From a virus: DNA of 64,000 bases. A program made the position numbers and the translations under genes. Every line of letters starts with the position of its first letter. The stretch's first letter is position 1. The notes under the pieces were generated by a model. The model was not told the origin of the DNA. It worked only from the letters and a program-made list of their open reading frames with translations, and did no database searches. The stretch is from the IMG/VR virus record IMGVR_UViG_3300045988_127492, positions 87,921-151,920 of that record; one strand, 5' to 3'. Positions 26,068-35,002 of the stretch are shown in pieces.

Positions 26068-26356
26068 AAATAGAATTCTCTGTTTCTACTGTTACCTCAG
26101 TTACTTTTACTGTAATGCCTACTACACGACTTGTGTATAATACTAATCCTTCGAGAGAGGTTCCATCAGAATCACATACGTAGCTAATTATCATAGGAGC
26201 GTTCCCTGTAATTTTATTTACATCAAGGTCTACTATCCGTCCTATTCTTAATGGATAACGCCCATCCGTTCTTTTGATTCCTCTAATGCCACAACTGCCA
26301 GAATGTAATATTTCTTTTATTTTATATTGTGTATTCTTTTTTCGCAGTGTTTCCAT
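26027..26356 (-). CDS. hypothetical protein
   Basis: 109-aa ORF with beta-rich composition. Confidence 0.55.
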   Translation of the reverse strand: METLRKKNTQYKIKEILHSGSCGIRGIKRTDGRYPLRIGRIVDLDVNKITGNAPMIISYVCDSDGTSLEGLVLYTSRVVGITVKVTEVTVETENSIYVFERMWKSGELL

Positions 26357-26365
26357 ATGGTCTCC

Positions 26366-26824
26366 TTAATGATGACTAATAGTAGCAAGACAACATTTCA
26401 TCTTTGGAACAACATAATGTTCAAGTTCTGAGTATTTAAGTCCATCATTGTCTGAATAACTGATTTCCACAAACACAGAGAGACCTTCCATTGCTTTTTC
26501 TAAATTAGACACTTTATTTGTAATTGCTTTATTAAGTTCTTTCTGAAATTCTTCTGTTTCTCGAACTTTAAATCTCTCGCTATAAGGGATATTTAAAGTA
26601 TTTTCTACTTCCCATCTGGTATAATAACGAATTTCTTCTGTATATCCCCCCAGAACATCTTCTTTATCCAATCTTGTAGCTTCCGTTACATCTCTCAGAA
26701 TCTCTTCAAAATACTCTTTAAGATTTTCTGCTTTCAGTTCTTCTTTGACGCTCTCTTCACTTTTAAAGCCAAGGATGAAGCTACTACTGCTACTGTTAGT
26801 TACAAATCCTTTTCTAATTTTCAT
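26366..26824 (-). CDS. GFVTNSSSSSF N-terminal-motif family protein
   Basis: MKIRKGFVTNSSSSSFILGFKSEE from ATG 26824. ATGA overlap with the upstream paralog's stop. Confidence 0.65.
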   Translation of the reverse strand: MKIRKGFVTNSSSSSFILGFKSEESVKEELKAENLKEYFEEILRDVTEATRLDKEDVLGGYTEEIRYYTRWEVENTLNIPYSERFKVRETEEFQKELNKAITNKVSNLEKAMEGLSVFVEISYSDNDGLKYSELEHYVVPKMKCCLATISHH

Positions 26825-27105
26825 GACCAATCCTCCCATTCAACGTCTTCACCATCTACACCAATTAACCGTAAGAACTTACTCATATTAAAATTGTCCA
26901 TAATAGTAAAACCACGAATTGATTGATCCGTTTCAGTAATACTCCATCTGTCCCACTCATCATAATAAGAACTATCCATTTCTAATTCTTTTGCAACTTT
27001 AATATGATTTTTAATCTTTTCAATCTGATCAGCTGTTAAATTACTTTTTGCAATAGTAAAACTGGATGAAGAACTATTAGTTACAAAACCGGTTCTTAAT
27101 TTCAT
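26821..27105 (-). CDS. GFVTNSSSSSF N-terminal-motif family protein (short)
   Basis: MKLRTGFVTNSSSSSFTIAKSN. 94 aa. Confidence 0.65.
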   Translation of the reverse strand: MKLRTGFVTNSSSSSFTIAKSNLTADQIEKIKNHIKVAKELEMDSSYYDEWDRWSITETDQSIRGFTIMDNFNMSKFLRLIGVDGEDVEWEDWS

Positions 27106-27524
27106 GTATCCTCCTCTATGATTTTATAATTTTTCTCTTGAGCATAGCTTTTTGTGTAGGTATTACAAGTGGCATAAACATACACATCTTTATTTCCTTT
27201 ATCAATTAAATTTCTTTGGCTTAAATCTCTCACTTTTGCTTCGGCAGCAAGATTATTTCTAGCCTTTATAGCTATGCAATTCTTAAAACGAGTTTCTATG
27301 GACACCAAGTAATATTCTTTAGGCTCTCCTGAAGCTTCATCATACATATCACTTAAATCATTGGTATCAAAATCAATAGTCTTACTGTCCGGATCACAAT
27401 GAACATATCCATTCTTTTTACCTTCAAAGTGGACGATCCCATCCTGAGGCAACCGCTGCAGAGCTTCAATCATCTCTGCAACAGTTGTTCCCTCACACCT
27501 CACTCTCTTACTAATATCCAGCAT
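27102..27524 (-). CDS. hypothetical protein
   Basis: 140-aa ORF with a 4-nt overlap with the downstream gene. Confidence 0.55.
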   Translation of the reverse strand: MLDISKRVRCEGTTVAEMIEALQRLPQDGIVHFEGKKNGYVHCDPDSKTIDFDTNDLSDMYDEASGEPKEYYLVSIETRFKNCIAIKARNNLAAEAKVRDLSQRNLIDKGNKDVYVYATCNTYTKSYAQEKNYKIIEEDT

Positions 27525-27535
27525 AGAACTCCTTT

Positions 27536-27802
27536 CTACTCCGTAACTTTAATGACGTAGATTTTATTTCCTCGTTTAGCATATTTAATAACTTCTTTTC
27601 CATCCTCCTCATTGAGTCTCTTGCAACAATTCATTACTGCAGAAGCTCTTCTTTTAGCCTCAGCTTCATCATCGTACTCAAAACACATATTAGCTCTGCC
27701 AGTTTTCATGAACTCAACAATGGCTCTTCCCTCTTCTGTTGTAACAAGACCTCTTCTGTTTGCTCCTAAATCTTCTACCTGTACGTCATAGCTCATTTTC
27801 AT
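27536..27802 (-). CDS. hypothetical protein
   Basis: 88-aa ORF. Confidence 0.55.
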   Translation of the reverse strand: MKMSYDVQVEDLGANRRGLVTTEEGRAIVEFMKTGRANMCFEYDDEAEAKRRASAVMNCCKRLNEEDGKEVIKYAKRGNKIYVIKVTE

Positions 27803-27806
27803 AATT

Positions 27807-28031
27807 TTAGTTCTCCTTTTCTCTTTTATTTAAAATTAATAATTTTAACGAATTTAGTGGTACCATAAAATACCTATTTACAGGATGCTCATGTTCCAAT
27901 ACTGGATAGTATACGACACCCCAAGAACCCTTTAGGGACTCTTCTCCAGTTAAAGTAAATATTCTATTTTCCCATGAATCTATTAAAGTATCTTTCATAA
28001 TCACTTGTAACCCTTTTTTATTCGGAACCAT
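27807..28031 (-). CDS. hypothetical protein
   Basis: Track ORF 27807-28094 trimmed to ATG 28031, immediately after the upstream stop. The RBS is weak, so the start is uncertain. Confidence 0.45.
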   Translation of the reverse strand: MVPNKKGLQVIMKDTLIDSWENRIFTLTGEESLKGSWGVVYYPVLEHEHPVNRYFMVPLNSLKLLILNKREKEN

Positions 28032-28032
28032 A

Positions 28033-28824
28033 TTAAAAACCTGTTTGCTTTCCAACAAAGTTAATTGGCTCACCAGTAACTTTGTTAATACCATGCCCTA
28101 CTACTTCGACAAAATAATCTTCCCAGTAGTCTCCTTTCTTGTAATAGGATGTATCTTCTTCATAGTATCCTTCTGTATGTTTAACAACAAATTTTACGGT
28201 TCCTTTAAAATCTTTGATCCAAGTAGTTGACCATTCTCTATTCAGATGGTAATCAAATTCCGGATTATATTTCAGTACTTCTTCTAACAAAAATACTGAC
28301 ACCAATCCAGCGTCTGCACAAAAATCGCCAATAACTTTCTTTGTATCTGTGTTAAAAGTAGTACAGCTCCAATCACCATAAAGTGTATCTCTTGTCATGT
28401 AATGAGTGATTCCAAGAGCTTCCATCTCACTACCGTAATTACATGCAGCCCAATCATCTTTTGTGAGTTCGTTAATTTCTCTCATAATGTAACAAGGATC
28501 TGTGATGATGATGTCTCCATCAAATTCCATTCCCGTATCAAGGTATCTCCTCAAATTATTTTTATTCCTGTATTTATAGAACAGTTCAATTACACCTGAG
28601 TGTTTTAACCACTTGTAAGTATTAGCGTCATAGTCATCTTCAAGACACTTCATGCACAGCATGTCTAAATAAAAATCTACATCTCTATGCATATTTTCCA
28701 AATCTTCAAAGACCTCATCCATTTTTTGATCTGTTAATGGTAACTTTTCTCTTAAAATTTTCTCAATTTCAGGCCGAACACTTTCACATTCTTTTGTTTT
28801 CTGTTCTAACCAAGCTTTGTTCAT
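28033..28824 (-). CDS. hypothetical protein
   Basis: Start moved to ATG 28824, preceded by AAAGGAGAG. 263 aa. Confidence 0.6.
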   Translation of the reverse strand: MNKAWLEQKTKECESVRPEIEKILREKLPLTDQKMDEVFEDLENMHRDVDFYLDMLCMKCLEDDYDANTYKWLKHSGVIELFYKYRNKNNLRRYLDTGMEFDGDIIITDPCYIMREINELTKDDWAACNYGSEMEALGITHYMTRDTLYGDWSCTTFNTDTKKVIGDFCADAGLVSVFLLEEVLKYNPEFDYHLNREWSTTWIKDFKGTVKFVVKHTEGYYEEDTSYYKKGDYWEDYFVEVVGHGINKVTGEPINFVGKQTGF

Positions 28825-28837
28825 TTTTCTCTCTCCT

Positions 28838-29233
28838 TTAATTTGGTTCGTCATAACTAAGTCCAGAAAGATTTACAAACTCATTTAATGCTAAAAACAT
28901 ATCTTTTTCCAATTTCTCCTTCCATATGTTACTCCACCAATCTACATCTGCTTCAATTCCAAGGTACCCAGCAGACTCCCAACCATCTTCCGTTTTAACA
29001 CAAGTGAAATACTCAATAATTGGTTTATATGTTGGTAATTCATTAAACATCCCACGGACAAAAATATTCACCTCAATGTCAACGTAACCTATTTCTAATA
29101 CCGCTTCACCTATGAGAGGTCCATTGTCAAGATCAATCTCTAAATGGTCTGCTTTTATGACTCTTATCCAATGTTGAATTCCATTGAGTCGAAATTCGTA
29201 ATCTGGGCGTTGTTTAGCTTCTTCAAATGTCAT
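28838..29233 (-). CDS. hypothetical protein
   Basis: Start ATG 29233 with GAGGTG 7 nt upstream. 131 aa. Confidence 0.55.
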   Translation of the reverse strand: MTFEEAKQRPDYEFRLNGIQHWIRVIKADHLEIDLDNGPLIGEAVLEIGYVDIEVNIFVRGMFNELPTYKPIIEYFTCVKTEDGWESAGYLGIEADVDWWSNIWKEKLEKDMFLALNEFVNLSGLSYDEPN

Positions 29234-29235
29234 AG

Positions 29236-29682
29236 CTAGCACCTCGAATATAATTCAATTTCCATATGAATGTATTTTCCCATGTTACTATTTAAAATTT
29301 CTAACAGATCATGCCCTCCACATTTAAATTCTTCTTCAGTCCAAAGATATCCTGTGTAATCACTATACCGATGATAATATTCAGATTCAGTGATACCTTC
29401 CATTGATACAATCTTTGTTTCGTCAATATGATCCATATCAATAGGAGTATCTCCTGTAAGCATTTGAATACTTGCATATCTGTCAAGCCACCCGCATCGA
29501 CTTTCCATTTCTTTTGAAAAAGCAAATCCATTATTAGATACAACAATTTCTTCACCAGAAAATCTTTTTACTTTCTGAATATTTTGTATTCCAATAATGC
29601 TATCAGCAACATCTTCTGTGTTTACCCACCCTACTTTTCCATTGAGAATAATAGTGTCCTCTAATTTATACCCTTCTTTCAT
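29236..29682 (-). CDS. hypothetical protein
   Basis: 148-aa ORF. The nested ORF 29301-29555 in another frame was ignored. Confidence 0.55.
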   Translation of the reverse strand: MKEGYKLEDTIILNGKVGWVNTEDVADSIIGIQNIQKVKRFSGEEIVVSNNGFAFSKEMESRCGWLDRYASIQMLTGDTPIDMDHIDETKIVSMEGITESEYYHRYSDYTGYLWTEEEFKCGGHDLLEILNSNMGKYIHMEIELYSRC

Positions 29683-29914
29683 GTCTATAATTCTCCTTTC
29701 TTTTCTCTATAGTATTCCTCAAATTGTGTTCTCCATATATAATAGAGTAATACTTCAAAGCTTCTAATAATGGAACCGGATTTCCATCTAAGAAATATCC
29801 ATAACCATTACCGCATTTGTGTTGAGGATTTATAAAACTTATTTGACAGATACTGCAGTACGGAGACTTACAACAGAATTCTCTTAACTTGAAATATATT
29901 TCATATCTATCCAT
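29666..29914 (-). CDS. Cys-rich small protein
   Basis: 82 aa with CCKSPYCSIC...HKCGNG. Confidence 0.5.
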   Translation of the reverse strand: MDRYEIYFKLREFCCKSPYCSICQISFINPQHKCGNGYGYFLDGNPVPLLEALKYYSIIYGEHNLRNTIEKRKENYRHERRV

Positions 29915-30196
29915 GTCTTCTCCTATAAATTAATGTGCTTAAAGGAAGTTCTAACATCTGGCTATTCCAACAATATCTTGCTTCTTTTATATGATAAAGC
30001 TTATTTTCATGTCCTTCAAATGCGCTATGTATCGTAACTTTTTGACCACATAGTTTTTTCATTTATTCATTGAAGCCACAGATGACAATTGGCATTCCAT
30101 CCTCTTCCTGCGGCCGATATTCTTCTATTAAACGATCAAACGGTTTTACTTTATAGTGACCACCAATTTTAAGAACTTTAAGTTTACTTAGATTCA
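29907..30196 (-). pseudogene. family-A small-protein paralog split by an in-frame TAA
   Basis: MNLSKLKVLKIGGHYKVKPFDRLIEEYRPQEEDGMPIVICGFNE-TAA-MKKLCGQKVTIHS...LPLSTLIYRRRHG. Aligns end to end with 31860-32144 (..NCGFVREMKKYCGQKLRIRAI..). Confidence 0.55.
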
Positions 30197-30516
30197 TTGT
30201 TTATCCTTTCATATAGTTTTCTAAACTTTACAAAATCTTCTTGTTTACCTCCATTGTCAGGATGAGCTTTAACCATTGCATAATGAACAGCTTCTTCTAT
30301 TTCTAAAGATGGTGTAATAATTTGGGGCTTTTTAAGTTTTATTGCAAGCCTTTTATTTTCTTCACATACACATATTATATTGAAGCGTAAAGAGTCATTC
30401 TGTCTTTTTAATTTATCTACTTCCATTTTCAAATTTATGTTTCCACTTATACAAACAAACAAAATTATTAATGTTGCTACCAATACAACACTCAACCCTA
30501 CTATTTGTACTAACAT
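30184..30516 (-). CDS. membrane-anchored J-domain-like protein
   Basis: From ATG 30516 (GAGGAG RBS): N-terminal TM helix, a coiled coil, then AVHYAMVKAHPDNGGKQEDFVKFRKLYERI, which carries the HPD tripeptide. Confidence 0.6.
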   Translation of the reverse strand: MLVQIVGLSVVLVATLIILFVCISGNINLKMEVDKLKRQNDSLRFNIICVCEENKRLAIKLKKPQIITPSLEIEEAVHYAMVKAHPDNGGKQEDFVKFRKLYERINNESK

Positions 30517-31574
30517 AAATCTTTCTCCTCTTTTGTACATAAGACGATTTCTCTTCTGATCGGACATCCACCTAAGCAATCACACTGACGGCTACAGCCT
30601 CTACAAGAATTCCTGAAATGACTTCTGAAATCATCGAATACATCTGAATCCCATGCTTCCTGAATAGTGTGTTCATTAAGATCAACTGCCCACTTAAGTT
30701 CCTGATTATCAAAGCTACATGGCAGCATTTTCATATCTGACGTAATGTAACCAGAAAATCTTGCTCCTTCACACGGTTCCAGAGTAGAATTTAAAATCTC
30801 TTCTGTAAAATTCAACAGTCCAGGCACAGAACATGAATCAAATCCAATCTGAAATTTATAATCATGTTTATCAATCAAAGAGAAAAATTCTTTGACTCTT
30901 TCATCATCAGGAGATAAGACATTTGCCTGAGTTCCTAAGCCTACTGGTTTATGTAGCAAGAAAATCACTGCATTAATACCATCTGGAAAATCTTCACGCT
31001 GCAAATGTTCAATAGCTTCGTCAATAGAATTTCGACCAAGAACATAATGAATATTAGTAGTAACACCAGCAGCTACTAACATGTTAATTGCTTTTTCAGT
31101 ATACTCACTTCTGTACCAAGAAATAGCTACAGCGCCACAATATCCTTTGCAAAGGGCTACGATTTCATCAGTAAATCCTAAACCTGAGCTTGTAAAATTT
31201 GGTACAATCCCTTGTGAACGACAGTATTTAAGAATTTCTTCAAAGTTCTCATGCTGATCCACATCGCCTCTACCTCCAAGAGCAAACTGGAATGTTTTTC
31301 CTTTACATTCATCTACTATTCTCTTGAAATTCTCAAGGGACATATTAGGCTCCTGTGTGTGTAATCCATTCTGATAACACTGAACTCCTGACTGAATACA
31401 CAAACCAGATGCCCCATGAACGCAATGTCCCATAACACCAATATCTAACAAAGCAGGAAAATTTCTCATAAATGGTTCCTTTCCTGTTGTCAAATCATCA
31501 GACCGGATATAGAACCCTGTCTTCGGATTAAATGTTTCTACAAAGTTATTTTTCTTGTCGTAATATCTATACAT
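30510..31574 (-). CDS. radical-SAM-fold enzyme with C-terminal SPASM domain and non-canonical N-terminal Cys spacing
   Basis: C-terminal PCSF...EAWDSDVFDDFRSHFRNSCRGCSRQCDCLGGCP (SPASM pattern). GGRGD in place of the GGE SAM motif. N-terminal Cys cluster is GHCVHGASGLCIQSGVQCY, not CxxxCxxC. Confidence 0.7.
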   Translation of the reverse strand: MYRYYDKKNNFVETFNPKTGFYIRSDDLTTGKEPFMRNFPALLDIGVMGHCVHGASGLCIQSGVQCYQNGLHTQEPNMSLENFKRIVDECKGKTFQFALGGRGDVDQHENFEEILKYCRSQGIVPNFTSSGLGFTDEIVALCKGYCGAVAISWYRSEYTEKAINMLVAAGVTTNIHYVLGRNSIDEAIEHLQREDFPDGINAVIFLLHKPVGLGTQANVLSPDDERVKEFFSLIDKHDYKFQIGFDSCSVPGLLNFTEEILNSTLEPCEGARFSGYITSDMKMLPCSFDNQELKWAVDLNEHTIQEAWDSDVFDDFRSHFRNSCRGCSRQCDCLGGCPIRREIVLCTKEEKDLC

Positions 31575-31872
31575 TTTTTCTTCTCTCCTTAATCATAATT
31601 TCTAATTTCCCTGTGAATGGAATAAGCATTACTTCATCCCAAGAGAAATAAAGCAATTCTTTATCCTCATCCTCGTATCCTGTAATGGTTTCCAAATCAT
31701 ATATGTTATTAACTGGATCATATATTGCTTTAATTTTGTATATTTTCCCACAAAAGCATCGCATATCTGGGATAAAACTTGATGGTGTATTTATAGTTCC
31801 ATCAGTGACACCATACTCCTTTGCCATCTGATCCCAAGACTTAACCCTTACTTTCTGTCCTACTTCATACAT
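31567..31872 (-). CDS. family-A small protein (KVGxxVxV...W..M..E(F/Y)G...CG...L-I-x-x-R-R tail)
   Basis: MYEVGQKVRVKSWDQMAKEYG...FCGKIYKIKAI...LEIMIKERRKNV. Confidence 0.65.
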   Translation of the reverse strand: MYEVGQKVRVKSWDQMAKEYGVTDGTINTPSSFIPDMRCFCGKIYKIKAIYDPVNNIYDLETITGYEDEDKELLYFSWDEVMLIPFTGKLEIMIKERRKNV

Positions 31873-32144
31873 TCTTGCCTCCTTGTGATTAACATTGATA
31901 AGTCTCCTTTTTCAAACATCTCACTTGTAAAAGTCCATGTATCTGCAGCATTCAAATAATAATAGATGTCATCAAATTTCTGTATAGCACGTATCCGCAA
32001 CTTTTGGCCACAATATTTTTTCATTTCTCTTACAAAACCGCAATTGTTACATCGAATAACACCATAATAATTAACACCAAATTCTTTAACCATATCATCC
32101 CATTGACGAATCTGAACTATGTCTCCTACTTTGTATTGCCTCAT
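31860..32144 (-). CDS. family-A small protein
   Basis: MRQYKVGDIVQIRQWDDMVKEFG...YCGQKLRIRAI...LSMLITRRQECMK. The AGGAGG codons encoding RR form the downstream gene's SD. Confidence 0.65.
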   Translation of the reverse strand: MRQYKVGDIVQIRQWDDMVKEFGVNYYGVIRCNNCGFVREMKKYCGQKLRIRAIQKFDDIYYYLNAADTWTFTSEMFEKGDLSMLITRRQECMK

Positions 32145-32403
32145 GCAAACCTCCTATTGGCATAATCATGTCTGTAGACCATGTGAACATTCTTCCATCT
32201 TCTTCAATATCGAAAAGATCTCTATCCCAGGGCAAAACATATTTGATTGTTACTATATTTCCACAATACTTACGCATATCTCTAACAAACGAAGCTTGAC
32301 ATGATATATATTCATTGTACGATCCAGCATGTCTTAATCCAAATTCTTTTTTCATACTTTCCCATGAACGTACTCTATACTTTTGTCCTACTTTTACTTT
32401 CAT
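32095..32403 (-). CDS. family-A small protein
   Basis: MKVKVGQKYRVRSWESMKKEFG...YCGNIVTIKYV...GGLHEAIQSRRH. Confidence 0.65.
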   Translation of the reverse strand: MKVKVGQKYRVRSWESMKKEFGLRHAGSYNEYISCQASFVRDMRKYCGNIVTIKYVLPWDRDLFDIEEDGRMFTWSTDMIMPIGGLHEAIQSRRHSSDSSMG

Positions 32404-32680
32404 TTCTTACCTCAATTAAATTCATCAACCCAGGCTTAATAAGCATATTTTCAGTAAATAAATATTGCTCTCCAGTTTCTATATTCTGCCCTTTATATAC
32501 ATGGTCTTTTTTATACCAATTATCCCTTGTAATTATGCGAATATTTTTCTCGCATAAAGGCTCCATTTCAAGTAAAAATACTATTGGTCCAAAATCTAAA
32601 CATCCAAGGAATTTGCCATTAGAAGCTTTTTTAAGTTCTTCCCATCTTTTTACACGGTATACTTCTCCTATTTTTATCAT
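32375..32680 (-). CDS. family-A small protein
   Basis: MIKIGEVYRVKRWEELKKAS...LCEKNIRIITR...PGLMNLIEVRNESK. Confidence 0.6.
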   Translation of the reverse strand: MIKIGEVYRVKRWEELKKASNGKFLGCLDFGPIVFLLEMEPLCEKNIRIITRDNWYKKDHVYKGQNIETGEQYLFTENMLIKPGLMNLIEVRNESKSRTKV

Positions 32681-32688
32681 AATTTCAC

Positions 32689-33765
32689 CTACTCAATAAG
32701 CAGTACATCAACTGCATTTCTAAATTTCTTTAACAACTCCGGATTAGCACAAACAATTTTCTTTCTGGTTACTCTACTTTTTCCATGCTTGTTAATATAT
32801 CTGGTTTCTAAATTATGCCAGTTGATAGAAGAATTCATTTCTTTCATCTTCTGATAAACTTTTCTATATGTAACCATGTTTCCATTGCTCTTATCTTTAT
32901 ATTTTTCTGCTAAAGGAATAATAATAGAATCAGTTGCATCCTGATTACAAACTGGTTTATACTTTTCGTAGAGATCTCCTAAAGCTGCACTAAAGATAGA
33001 TCTAAGAGTATCATTTGCATAGACAACATCATAAGTGCTAAACTTACTTACCGGATTATGTTTTGCTTTGTAATCTTTTACTTCCTGATCCCAACAGATA
33101 CCATAGTTTTTATTCATATATTTATATACTGCACCCATAACTGAGCCACGGTCTGAAAATCTATCACATGTAGTAAGTGCATCAATCATCTGGTACATAT
33201 CATTTTTCCATTTCTTACAGGGGTCTTCTACCTTTTTCACTGGTAATGCGACAGCAGGAGCTTTTGATTCTAACAATACAGAAACTACTTTACCCATATC
33301 CGCATAAACTCTATCTACTTTTTCCTGTAGAATTTCAATCTGTTTACTAAAATCAGGCATCTGTAACTGAATGATATTAGAATTATCAACTTTCTTTTCT
33401 AAGAAAGCTGCTGCCAGTACATCTTTTGCTTTGAGCTGGTATGATACAAGCTTTTCAGTAATTCCTGGGGAATCTTTTTTCATTGCTGGAGTGATTGAAA
33501 TTTTAGTTAGCCATAAAGGTAAGTAATCCAGTTGTAAACATAAAACATTTTGATTCCCACCATTTGTAAGGAGGGTAAAATTTTGTACCCCCTTTGAAAT
33601 TACTGAATCTGTTTGCATTTTTCTTCTTTCATATTTGATCCGGTTGTCGTCGAGTCCAATAGCCTCACACACCCAACGAGCACCGACCCAGACATTCCCT
33701 TCTGGATCCTGTGCCGCTCTAAGAATATCTCCCTGAAAATTTATTTCTTTAGCTACTAAATCCAT
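32689..33765 (-). CDS. phage antirepressor-like protein
   Basis: N-terminal INFQGDILRAAQDPEGNVWVGARWVCEAIGL resembles P22-type antirepressor N-terminal domains. 358 aa. Confidence 0.55.
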   Translation of the reverse strand: MDLVAKEINFQGDILRAAQDPEGNVWVGARWVCEAIGLDDNRIKYERRKMQTDSVISKGVQNFTLLTNGGNQNVLCLQLDYLPLWLTKISITPAMKKDSPGITEKLVSYQLKAKDVLAAAFLEKKVDNSNIIQLQMPDFSKQIEILQEKVDRVYADMGKVVSVLLESKAPAVALPVKKVEDPCKKWKNDMYQMIDALTTCDRFSDRGSVMGAVYKYMNKNYGICWDQEVKDYKAKHNPVSKFSTYDVVYANDTLRSIFSAALGDLYEKYKPVCNQDATDSIIIPLAEKYKDKSNGNMVTYRKVYQKMKEMNSSINWHNLETRYINKHGKSRVTRKKIVCANPELLKKFRNAVDVLLIE

Positions 33766-33767
33766 AA

Positions 33768-34310
33768 TTATTCTCCTTTTAACTTACTGATTGCTAATTT
33801 AATTGCTTCTTGTTCTTTTGGAGTTTTACAAACATTGTCATCGAGATAGCTTTGAAGCAACGCGACTGCTTTCTCGTCAGTCATTTCATTTAATTTATTT
33901 CTTACAATTTCCAGAAGCTTTTCTTCATTCCCTTTCCATTCATATGCTTTACATAAATTTCCGCTACAATGTACATTTGTGATTGATAAGGCACATGAAG
34001 AACAATTTTTATCGCCACACCCAGCAACATATTTAATCATGTCCTCAATAAACTCTCTGGCAGTCATTTCTTTCTCTTCTGACCGACTCTCATCAATAAT
34101 TTCGGAAGCTGTATATAAATTATGATGATAACCGGTGGCAACTGTTCCATCACTACGAAAACGAAGTACATCTGGAAATTTCTGTCCTTCAAAAACTCTT
34201 AATTCTCCTCCTGTAACCCATTTGTATCCCTGTTTCCTTGCAATTTCAAAGAACTTTTCACATTCTTCTCTTGTATTTACTCTTACATAAATATTTCTTA
34301 AATCAATCAT
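33768..34310 (-). CDS. family-C (MIDLR) domain protein with Cys-rich C-terminal extension
   Basis: MIDLRNIYVRVNTREECEKFFEIARKQGYKWVTGG...FPDVLRF matches 34727-35002 and 34995-35276. Confidence 0.6.
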   Translation of the reverse strand: MIDLRNIYVRVNTREECEKFFEIARKQGYKWVTGGELRVFEGQKFPDVLRFRSDGTVATGYHHNLYTASEIIDESRSEEKEMTAREFIEDMIKYVAGCGDKNCSSCALSITNVHCSGNLCKAYEWKGNEEKLLEIVRNKLNEMTDEKAVALLQSYLDDNVCKTPKEQEAIKLAISKLKGE

Positions 34311-34333
34311 ACTGTTTTATCTCCTCTTTATCA

Positions 34334-34708
34334 TTATTCAAGTACTGGTTTTAATGGACATGCTTCAGGAATTGTAGAGTGTTCTTTCTTTTTTAATATT
34401 TCGATATATTCATGTAATAAATTACAATAATATCCATTGATAAGTTTTGAAAATGGACATTCATTGCATGTATTCGGAGCGTTTATGATTATCATTTTCT
34501 TGTTTGTTTTCTCACCTTTTGATAATCGCACTAACAATCCCTGTTCTTCTAAGTCCTCATAATCGGCAAGTTTTTCAATAGCTTTTCCAACAGGACACGC
34601 CCAGCAACCTGAAAATGTATAATCATCACAGAAACATTTACAAGCTGTATCTCCGACTTCTGCCAAAAGAGTGTTTTCATCTTCTATTCTCTTTGTTAAT
34701 CTCTCCAT
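34334..34708 (-). CDS. Cys-rich hypothetical protein
   Basis: 124 aa with several Cys pairs (CKCFCDD, CWACPVG, CNECPF). Confidence 0.55.
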   Translation of the reverse strand: MERLTKRIEDENTLLAEVGDTACKCFCDDYTFSGCWACPVGKAIEKLADYEDLEEQGLLVRLSKGEKTNKKMIIINAPNTCNECPFSKLINGYYCNLLHEYIEILKKKEHSTIPEACPLKPVLE

Positions 34709-34726
34709 CTACTTCACCTCAAAAAT

Positions 34727-35002
34727 TTACATCTCCGAAACATCTTCCCTTTTTAAAATCAAACCTCTTAATCCAAGTATATCTTTACACTGATAATCTC
34801 GTGGATAATATTGATAAGCCGTAGCATTATAATGTACACTATATTCTTCATCAAAACGCAATCTAGTCGGGAACCGACAATAAACATGATCTAAAGAAAC
34901 ACTATTCGCCCAATAGAATCCTTGTCTCTTCGCTACTACAGCTATTGCCTTGTACTCAACTTCATTATTCACTAAAACAGTACATTTTCTTAAATCAATC
35001 AT
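34727..35002 (-). CDS. family-C small protein with L-I-L-x-R tail
   Basis: MIDLRKCTVLVNNEVEYKAIAVVAKRQGFYWAN...FPTRLRF...LRGLILKREDVSEM. Confidence 0.6.
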   Translation of the reverse strand: MIDLRKCTVLVNNEVEYKAIAVVAKRQGFYWANSVSLDHVYCRFPTRLRFDEEYSVHYNATAYQYYPRDYQCKDILGLRGLILKREDVSEM

